Source: a virus. Taken from it: DNA of 64,000 nucleotides. Made by a program: the position numbers and the translations under genes. Location: the IMG/VR virus record IMGVR_UViG_3300042867_001289, positions 64,049 to 128,048 of that record; one strand, 5' to 3'. The number at the start of each line of letters is the position of its first letter. Positions within the stretch are counted from its first letter, which is position 1. Of this stretch, positions 19,731-28,400 are shown piece after piece. A model generated the notes under the pieces. The model had not been told where the DNA came from, searched no databases, and saw nothing but the letters and a program-made list of their open reading frames with translations.

Positions 19731-22567
19731 TAGGGTCCTTCAACTTGCTGCATCCAGTCAATGACATGCTGGCTTCCAACTGGTGCTGGTATTGGATTCG
19801 AGTTATATCGTTCAAGCATTGAATCGTGATCCGTCATCGTCATATACAAGCTCAAGAGTTCACTTTTATCTGCTGCAGCAAACGCATCAACAAGAGGATC
19901 TAGCTGATTATCAGCATTAAAAGATGGTACAAGTTCATCCCAGCGGCCATAACAATAACCTATCGGCTTATCATTTGCTGCTACATACTCCTGGAGTCTT
20001 AAACCATCGTAATCGTAAGATGGTCCAGGCTGATTAGTCAGAATTTGCCATGCCAACTTCACAACGGGTATAGACGGGATTGGCTCCGTAGCAACTGCTC
20101 GTTCCATGTCTACAGGTCCTGCCCATGAAAAAGCGCCAAGAAAATCTGGATCTCCACCAGAATAAGTTAAATCTCGGTGGAAGGCTGATCCATCATCCGT
20201 AATATCTTTTGTCAACATTGAAGCTTTAGCTAAAAATCCTCCAGCAGAATACCCGGTAGCGAATTTTCTTGTAGGGCTCAAATCGTAATCTGAACCGTCA
20301 GTTTCGACCCAACGCCCGCAAGCCTTATAATCTATGAGATCCTGTGGCCAATGAACGGCAGGCGTAGCACCGGCAAGCTTCGCTAATCGGTAGCCGACGC
20401 ATAGAACAGCGTAACCATTATTGATCAGATCCTGTTTGAAATCTTCGGGGATATCAGTAGTTTTTCCGCCAACGAAGAACCCAGAAAAACCCCATAGAAT
20501 AGTCGGCCATCCACCTATAGGAGGCTCCCCGTTAGGGATATGCAAATCACCTTTAGCTGCAGAACCATTAACAGCAGGATCGCCGCCACCCATGTTGATA
20601 TCAAAATAGCTCGTATACGGCGGCTGAGATATTTCAGGCGATGAAAGAAGCACTTCGACAGAATTAGAAACCCACATATTAGTTCCATCCCAAACCATAG
20701 AGAGTGGGCTGCTTCGCATATCTATGGTTGAGGTAACACTATTTGTAGCCGGGTTAATTTTTGATATATCCCCAGATCCGTTATTGGCAACCCAGATGCT
20801 AGTGCCGTCATATGCCAGTCCGCGAGGCGATTTTCCAACAGGTATAGGATCTCCAACAACCAAGTTAGTGGCAGGGTCAATCTTTGAAACAGTATTAGAG
20901 CCGCTATTAGCAACCCAAATATATCCTGCAGCCGACAGGACCGCAAAAGGCCTAGAACCCTGTGGCATCAAAATTGTTGCTAATACGCTATTAGCCGATA
21001 TGCCGCTAGTACCGATTTTATAAACACGATCACCCAAAGGTTCATTGTTATCATTGGAGCACGCAACCCAAATATTTGTCCCCTGAGATACCATCCCCTT
21101 CGCCGTATAATTAGTGTTGTTTAGGACAATAACAGTTTGCGCCACAACATTATTGGCTGGGCCAGTGGGCGTTATGCGAGTAATTTTTGTTCTAGGAACA
21201 GGCAAAGTCTTTATTGTCGTAGCCGATCCCGGATTCAGCAATGTTGACTGGCTAGTAGCCCAAATTGATCCCTGAGCATATAGAACTTCAGTTGGAAGAT
21301 TCCCTACGTCTATCGTGGGGGTAGGATTGGTTGTACCACTAGGGTATGCTACCGGAATCCCCGTGGTGGCAAGAATTCTCATTATCCCATTAGCTGAAGA
21401 GTTCGTTATCCAAAGATATTTTGATCCATCGTATGTAATTGATTTAGACCCATACGCATTTGATGTTGTGGATACAGCTGAAGTCGCTATATCAATTTTT
21501 GAGAGTAAATTTACCCCATTATGAGTAGCGTAAATGGAAGGTGGTATAGCAGGTACTGACGTCGGATTGTTGATGTACAGTAAACTTCTCACACTCTCAG
21601 ATACGGGGATATGAGATATTACGCCTGTAGTCCCATTTATTTTTGATACAACACTGTCAAATGGTACAATATTGCCGTTACTAGTTTTTCTTCCTTCTAG
21701 ACTTAATAAGTTTTCTGTTACCCCATCCCATTCTGAATATTTTGGCTGGTTTACTTGCGCTCCGATTCTTTTGTCGTAATAACCAATAGGAGTCATATCC
21801 TGATCGTATAAAAGGATATTTTTAAAATAAATAGGTGGGGCTAGAGCAGACGCCAAAGGGTAAGTATCAGTGTTGCAACCAAACTCAATGGTATCGAAGT
21901 CAGCTGCGCCTGGTGCAAATTGTTGCGTAATCTTAAATACACTATTTGCGTTAGCGTTAGGCGTTAATGGAATGGTCCATCCGGTAACAGTCACAAGATT
22001 TGTTGAACTTACAGAAATCTCTATCCGATACTTCCACAAAGCGGTTGTATAGATAGCCCCATTGGACTGCACCGACATAGCTTTCTGAGTCGTTCCATCC
22101 ATAATCGCCATACGCTGAGCATCGACACCCTTAGTAGGAATGAAGGCTTGGACTATTCGTAAACCGAGCTTCCTGACACCACCATCATCAAGGGTGCCAC
22201 CGGATCTAAATGTCAAAAAATCAAAGTTTGCAAGCGTTGGGTTTGCAGATAATTGCATTTCAAAATACATAGAGTAAGGAGGATTTACGGTAATCAAATC
22301 AGGAAGTTTAGTAACTGAATCAATGGCACTAGTATCAAAATTTTCAAAACCTATAGCGGACCGTTGACCAAGAAAGTTAGCAATATAAATACTTTTTTGC
22401 CTACTAGCCTCAGCTCCAGCAACCTGGGTTAAAGAATAAAAAAAATCGGGTTTAGTATCACAATAGGTGAATGGATTGTCGTTCACACCTCGATCACCAG
22501 GGCGAAGCTCGCCAGCACCAGGAGACCCTTTAGCATCCCACCCCGTCCACTTGAATATTAAAGACAT
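19730..22567 (-). CDS. Tail protein: YVTN beta-propeller plus alpha/beta-hydrolase (esterase)
   Basis: IWVANSGSNTVSKIDPATN blades; VGYRL, GYSAGG nucleophile elbow, WDELVP, TDHD. Confidence 0.8.
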   Translation of the reverse strand: MSLIFKWTGWDAKGSPGAGELRPGDRGVNDNPFTYCDTKPDFFYSLTQVAGAEASRQKSIYIANFLGQRSAIGFENFDTSAIDSVTKLPDLITVNPPYSMYFEMQLSANPTLANFDFLTFRSGGTLDDGGVRKLGLRIVQAFIPTKGVDAQRMAIMDGTTQKAMSVQSNGAIYTTALWKYRIEISVSSTNLVTVTGWTIPLTPNANANSVFKITQQFAPGAADFDTIEFGCNTDTYPLASALAPPIYFKNILLYDQDMTPIGYYDKRIGAQVNQPKYSEWDGVTENLLSLEGRKTSNGNIVPFDSVVSKINGTTGVISHIPVSESVRSLLYINNPTSVPAIPPSIYATHNGVNLLSKIDIATSAVSTTSNAYGSKSITYDGSKYLWITNSSANGIMRILATTGIPVAYPSGTTNPTPTIDVGNLPTEVLYAQGSIWATSQSTLLNPGSATTIKTLPVPRTKITRITPTGPANNVVAQTVIVLNNTNYTAKGMVSQGTNIWVACSNDNNEPLGDRVYKIGTSGISANSVLATILMPQGSRPFAVLSAAGYIWVANSGSNTVSKIDPATNLVVGDPIPVGKSPRGLAYDGTSIWVANNGSGDISKINPATNSVTSTIDMRSSPLSMVWDGTNMWVSNSVEVLLSSPEISQPPYTSYFDINMGGGDPAVNGSAAKGDLHIPNGEPPIGGWPTILWGFSGFFVGGKTTDIPEDFKQDLINNGYAVLCVGYRLAKLAGATPAVHWPQDLIDYKACGRWVETDGSDYDLSPTRKFATGYSAGGFLAKASMLTKDITDDGSAFHRDLTYSGGDPDFLGAFSWAGPVDMERAVATEPIPSIPVVKLAWQILTNQPGPSYDYDGLRLQEYVAANDKPIGYCYGRWDELVPSFNADNQLDPLVDAFAAADKSELLSLYMTMTDHDSMLERYNSNPIPAPVGSQHVIDWMQQVEGP

Positions 22568-23121
22568 TACAAAGGCCGTCTAAAGATTAGGCTTCCGACA
22601 GGAACGCCTTCTGGTAACGCCTCGCCTATATCAACAACAAAGATACCCGTACCAGCAGCACCATCAGCACCCGCAGGGCCCTCACTAATAGCGATAAGGA
22701 CACGCCTATCGCTAATCATCCCAGGAGTGATATTCGTTATCGTAGGAGGAATATAAACTGCAGCCAGCTTGATTGAATCTGTACTCAACTCTGGTTCCAA
22801 AGGCGAAGCCGCAGCGACACCAGTTTTCACCGCGGGTATACCAGAAGTGTTAACCTCGATCAGGTCGATACGCGGATTAGTTGCGTTAGCCGCAGTGAAC
22901 GATAAAGCGGTCAGGCTCACGTTGACATGTCCGAGAGCAAAACTTGGTTGTACCACACCAGCAGCTACAGAGATACTCATACCTGATACACCGTCGGATA
23001 CGAGACATCCGCTAACTACACCCTTGCCAGCTTGGGCAAGAACAATGTCCTGCAAAGCCGAACTGTAGATACGGGCCTGCGCAGCGTATTCGGCTTCGCT
23101 AAGATTCGGAATATCCCACAT
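22567..23121 (-). CDS. Minor tail protein
   Basis: GVVSGCLV..MSISVAAG..NPRIDLI..LAAVYIP..ISDRR. Confidence 0.7.
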   Translation of the reverse strand: MWDIPNLSEAEYAAQARIYSSALQDIVLAQAGKGVVSGCLVSDGVSGMSISVAAGVVQPSFALGHVNVSLTALSFTAANATNPRIDLIEVNTSGIPAVKTGVAAASPLEPELSTDSIKLAAVYIPPTITNITPGMISDRRVLIAISEGPAGADGAAGTGIFVVDIGEALPEGVPVGSLIFRRPL

Positions 23122-23145
23122 ATCAGTATGTCCTTTGAGTTTTCA

Positions 23146-23517
23146 TTAGAATGCCTCAACCCATGTTAGACCATCAGTCGAAATAGATACTTCGATTGAA
23201 GTCGCATTGATTACATGACACCAAATGTACAACGGGTAAGTACCACATCTAGGTTTGCCGAGGAAATACAGCATGATGCTAGAAGATTCTTCGTCTAAAA
23301 GCGCAACCGGTTCAGTAGCAAAAGGCAAAACCGTTTCAGCTAATATTGCTGGGGACCACCCGTCGACAGGGGCAACCCCTGGGGTTGAACCAGGAACTAT
23401 TTGACTCCCAGCAAAACCGAGTCGCGCTATTTCTTGGCCAGCAAAATTGTCGATAGACAAAAGCCAATTATCTATCTCGAACTCGGAATGGAAACCCAAA
23501 ACTTCAGAACAGGCCAT
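23146..23517 (-). CDS. Hypothetical tail-region protein
   Basis: Coupled ORF in the structural operon. Confidence 0.6.
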   Translation of the reverse strand: MACSEVLGFHSEFEIDNWLLSIDNFAGQEIARLGFAGSQIVPGSTPGVAPVDGWSPAILAETVLPFATEPVALLDEESSSIMLYFLGKPRCGTYPLYIWCHVINATSIEVSISTDGLTWVEAF

Positions 23518-23741
23518 CAGGCTATACCAGCGACGTCATCGATAACCATCTGAAAAGTTAAACCAGTTTCTGGATCAGGAACAATCTCGGTAAATTGAAA
23601 ATCGTTCTCTTCGAGAATGTCGACGAGAACAACTTTTAGTGGAGTAATACTAAAATTCAGGCTTACCTTTTCGCCAACAGCGGGCATCCCTAAATCCCAT
23701 ACAGCATTTTGCATAGGCAAAATTGGTAATTCATCCGGCAT
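23517..23741 (-). CDS. Hypothetical tail-region protein
   Basis: Likely start MPDEL at 23741 with GGGGTGAG upstream. Confidence 0.55.
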   Translation of the reverse strand: MPDELPILPMQNAVWDLGMPAVGEKVSLNFSITPLKVVLVDILEENDFQFTEIVPDPETGLTFQMVIDDVAGIA

Positions 23742-24006
23742 TGAACTCACCCCATAACGCAGAGAAGAACATGGCAACAGAAACGGAAGTACCCTGACCT
23801 AAAGGGCGACCAAAATCTTGCCATGCGCCAATAGCGATAGAATCGTCTCCTGCCGGAGAAGAAACTACTGTATAAAAATTATCGGGTATTGAAACGCTGG
23901 CTTTAGAAAAATTATCTTCACATGTGGTTATGAGATGAGGGGAACCAGGGTCTTCCCCACCGTAGGTGGCACCAGATCCGTAAGAGACTGACTCATAAGT
24001 TGGCAT
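23731..24006 (-). CDS. Hypothetical tail-region protein (Tyr-Gly N-terminus)
   Basis: TGATG overlap at 24006; MPTYESVSYGSGATYGG. Confidence 0.6.
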   Translation of the reverse strand: MPTYESVSYGSGATYGGEDPGSPHLITTCEDNFSKASVSIPDNFYTVVSSPAGDDSIAIGAWQDFGRPLGQGTSVSVAMFFSALWGEFNAG

Positions 24007-25406
24007 CAGACTGGGAACCAAGAACCGTTTTGGTTATCTGCCATAAAACTCATAAAAGGATTTTCAGAGGTCAAAGTAGGCACTGATGACATCTCATCAA
24101 AGACAGAACGATTTAACATACGACCATATTTAACAACCACTGTGACATCTTCCGTGGAAGCCGGATCTCTTAACAAAGTAATAACTTGCCCAGGCAGCCA
24201 ATCCCTATTGTACGGCAAAACTCCTACCCAATCTCCAGCATCATCGTCAGCAAGAACAACAGTAGTTCCAGGTTTACAATCGAACACATATTGTGCAACC
24301 AAAAATTCTGAATCAACATCAATATTGCGTATTAAATTATTAGGAGATAAAGAAATCAACCTAGGTTGAGCCTCCCACGAATACGAAACTTCCGCTTCCG
24401 AACCCACCCCAGAATAACTTGACCCATAGCGGGCATCACGGTACAAACCTGCAGCGTCGAAGTGCATAGCGAGCTCTTTAGGATTAACAGCGCTAATAGC
24501 CTCAGGATTAGCCACCCCAATCCAATTGATAGCACCAGTTTCATGAATCTGGACGCTACGCATCCCCATACTAGCGATTTCATTACTCGGGATAACACCA
24601 GACTCATGCACAAAAACCAGTCGATCCCCACCACTAGTCGTCACAACCCAGTCAGGCTGCTCAAACGCCACCGTGATCGATTTATTGCCAGCATGAGATA
24701 TGCGCTGCGCCCCAACACCGGGAGTGTCAGATATCGTAATATCATTTGTAAAACGCTCAACATACTGACCCCAACCATCTACAGGATCATCATAAGAAGT
24801 AATTACAAAAGACACATAGTCCCCGGTGTCACCATTAACATACGCAAGGACCAATTGAGAAATAGCTTCCACGGAGTCAAAATTGATTCCAGTAGTAAGA
24901 CCCCCAAGCGTATCCACGCCAGGGTCATCACCCAAAGGTGTTAGATCAATAAAAAGTGCGGCAGCGGCAGGGGCGACCATCTCATCAAGAGCAAACTTTC
25001 CACCTATCACAAGAGCTGGCTGATAATCCTCAGGAGCAGATCCACCAATATCAGCGAGATCAATACGATCATAAACATCAACAGTAACCGGACCATTAAG
25101 ATCATCAGAATGACCCACGCCATCACCGACAACAGCGATAGCCCCACCGTCATCAGCCACACGGAAATCAACTAAAGCGAGAACCTCAGTAGGTTCACGA
25201 AAAGCCAAATATTGTCCACTGGAAACAAGCGTAGACGCTTCAAGCCCACTAACCCTATCCCCGACTGTCGCATAACTACCAGAAGGGGTTCCCCCTAGCT
25301 CAGTTACAATATCGTTGATATGCGCTGCACGAATAACATCGCCGCTCCCATCCCCAGGGACAGCATCGTCTTCTAGCGGAACCCCACTGTTAGGCGGATA
25401 TGCCAT
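24006..25406 (-). CDS. Tail fibre/appendage protein
   Basis: ATG 25406 with GGAGGAG RBS; IRAAHIND..ELG..VGDRVSGLE fibre-anchor-like N-terminus. Confidence 0.7.
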   Translation of the reverse strand: MAYPPNSGVPLEDDAVPGDGSGDVIRAAHINDIVTELGGTPSGSYATVGDRVSGLEASTLVSSGQYLAFREPTEVLALVDFRVADDGGAIAVVGDGVGHSDDLNGPVTVDVYDRIDLADIGGSAPEDYQPALVIGGKFALDEMVAPAAAALFIDLTPLGDDPGVDTLGGLTTGINFDSVEAISQLVLAYVNGDTGDYVSFVITSYDDPVDGWGQYVERFTNDITISDTPGVGAQRISHAGNKSITVAFEQPDWVVTTSGGDRLVFVHESGVIPSNEIASMGMRSVQIHETGAINWIGVANPEAISAVNPKELAMHFDAAGLYRDARYGSSYSGVGSEAEVSYSWEAQPRLISLSPNNLIRNIDVDSEFLVAQYVFDCKPGTTVVLADDDAGDWVGVLPYNRDWLPGQVITLLRDPASTEDVTVVVKYGRMLNRSVFDEMSSVPTLTSENPFMSFMADNQNGSWFPV

Positions 25407-25461
25407 TGCAAACTCCTCCGGTTTTAACAAAAATCAAAAAATTTGTAACCATATTCTATTC

Positions 25462-28400
25462 CTAATCGGTTAAGTAGCATCCAACAAAATTGAAAAAAGA
25501 TACTTCCAAACCGTTAGGGATAACATTTTCGGTGCCCAACAGGTCAATCGAAACAACCAAAATAAGCGGATAGTCCAAAGCGAACAGTGGCAAAGTCCCC
25601 GTATCTAAAGAAATGTCAACCCGCTGCCCGTTGGAGACTGCTGTGCCGTCAAGAACTGAGAACGAATACCGTTCAGACCAAACCTGAGATTTATAGGTTT
25701 TTGCACCATCCAAAAAATCACCATTTGAACGATATAAAGCAAAAGTTGCTTTAGCTGGAACATCCCCGTAATCGCTTTCATCTATTTGCAAAATAAGCGA
25801 AGCACCAATTTTCAATCTTCCAGAAACAGCACTTTCGGGGAAACGAACCTGCGTAGCAGCATAAAAACTTGAATTATCGATAGATGCAGCTTCAAACCAC
25901 CCTGACCCAGGCGGCAGAGAAGCATTGCCAGGCGACCCATCAGGAACAGCAACCTGGTATCCGACGTTGTTTTCTACCAGCTCGGTATACCAATCTTCAT
26001 CCCAGTCAACGAACCTCCAGATGTTAGTCCCATTCCAGGCCTCAAGATTAGATCCAACAAAACTCTGATAATCACCTCCGCACCCTAAAGCCGAAACTAT
26101 CTCGGAAACTATTACCGATTCAACGATTGAAGCAGAAGCGCCTTCGTCGTCATAAACGGTTAGGACCACACGATAGGTGCCGCCAGAAGACCAGGTTTTA
26201 GAAAGATCCGCCTGATCAGATGTTGTCCCATCACCAAAATCCCAAGAATGAGCCGTTATAGTCCCATCGTCATCATAAGAATTTGAGCCGATCAGACCGT
26301 AGGGGATACCGGCTACAGGTTCACCGACACGGTCAATCACCGGAACTGGTGGCTCGTTCACCACCATCGGATCTACAATCTCGATTACCGTAATAGCCTC
26401 ATCCACACCTGAAGTCATTGAAACAATGTACGACCCGGCAGCATCATAAGAATGCTCCAGCGGATCAGGATCGGTTACAACAGGAAAAGTTGTGAATCCG
26501 ATAACTTCATCAACTTCAAAAGGATTTGAACCAATAGGTTCAATCGAAAAATCTGGGGCAACCGAAACTAAACGAAAACCTGGTACCTGTACCGATCCTT
26601 GAAACGGGGTAACACGAATCGCAAAACTATCGGTGCGGACTTTTTGGGTGGGAGTAAAAGTCGCCGTAATCAGCCCATCCCATAAAGCGTTTATTATATA
26701 ACCCTGCCCATAATCGGTTCCAAACTCCCCTAAACCTGACCAAACCCCAGGGATCACACTTCCGTTAGGAAAGGAAATAACAGAAACCCCAAACCCGCCA
26801 GCCCTTAAACCGCTGCCGATCTCACCAAAATCAACTTCTAAAGATTCGACAAGAGCATTAGGTGCAGGGTACCCATAAGCCCGAAGATAAGAAGCCCCAA
26901 ACAAGGTTTCGATGTCATCTTCAGCCCAACCTAAAACAACTTGCCGATACGGGTCGGGTCGCACAAACGCACCATCAGAATCAACAGTTGTTTCCCCTTC
27001 GGTCGCACCGCTAATCACAGTGACACGTTGAGAACTAACAGCTGAAGCCCCATCGTCATCTCTGACAGTTAGCGTGACCGTATAGTACCCGGAAGTTGTC
27101 CACGCTTTAGTTGGCGACTCGGCTGTTGATCCTGTGCCATCATCAAAATCCCACAGATACGAGACAACAGTTCCATCCGAATCGGTTGATACCGAATCTA
27201 ATGTGACTGTCTCATTGACCAAAACGGATGAAGGAGCGCTAATAATTGAAACGGGTGCCAGATTTATAGGGGAAATTATTATCGAATCTGTTTCTGTTGC
27301 TGTAGCACCGTCATCATCGGTGACTCTCAGGCTTACCGTATACGTTCCAGCGCTCAGATATGTGTAAACCGGATTTGCTTGAGCGGATACGCTTCCATCA
27401 CCAAAAGTCCAAAGATAAGAACTGATTGTCCCATCAGGATCAGATGAACCCGCAGAAGAAAAAGTGACCGGAGTGCCCGCTATTCCCGTAGGCGGAACCG
27501 TAATTATTGCAATAGGTGGAAGATTCGGAGGCGGTTGGCTGCTAATAAAAATTGATTGTGTTTTACTAGCGGTTTCCGCATCGTCATCAGTTACCGTTAA
27601 CGTAACCAGATACGGCCCGTATTGGACTTTTTGGCTTACATTCCATGAGGTTGAGCGGCCAGCTAATTGGTTAAATTTTGTTAGTGTGATGCTGCCAAAT
27701 GGTGGTATGTACAACGATCCGAGGGATAGACCCATGATCGCAGGACCGTTACCGTCAGTGCCTGAGGATAGACAATAGTTATAGATGCTTTCTAGTTCAT
27801 TTACACCAGAAACAGTTTGATCGTTGTTGCCATAATCGGCAATAGCCATATGTGAAATGTTTTTCGTTTTTGCCCACTGCCGAAAATCGGTTAAACCTGT
27901 AGGGTAACCTACGGTTCCGATCGAACCAGAACTAGCAGCCGTAACGTACTTGATCAGCCCATAAAAGTCCCATTCGGCAAGAGGTTCCAAATACGAATCA
28001 GGGTTATACGCACCAAGCTGATCGCCTTCCCATGTCGTAGACTTAAAGATCGGCGCAAAAGAAATATTTGTTGCATTTATCTGATTCAAGATTTGACGGA
28101 ACTTTACCTGAACAAGACGCCATTCTTCTATCGTAAACCAGTCTTCAACCCCTACATAATATTCTGGGTTATCCCAAACGCTTAACCATATCGGCTTATC
28201 AACATTTTTTAGACTAGTCAGCAAAGCCAAAATATTTGCGTCTTCAGAACCAGCTATCACACGGTCCACTGGAGGGAAATAAGAAAACCAGGGCATGCGA
28301 CCAGCTGCGGTCGTCACAGAAGCCGCTGTGACCCGATCTGCGGGGTTCCACGCCGGTGTCAGCACCCCAGGAGCATTCGGCGACCCGGAGAGCCTATGGA

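Noticed and set aside
23517-24021. Overlapping ORFs as a frameshifted pseudogene
   Set aside because: With starts at 24006 and 23741 the overlaps shrink to 1 and 11 nt with a plausible RBS, which is normal phage gene packing
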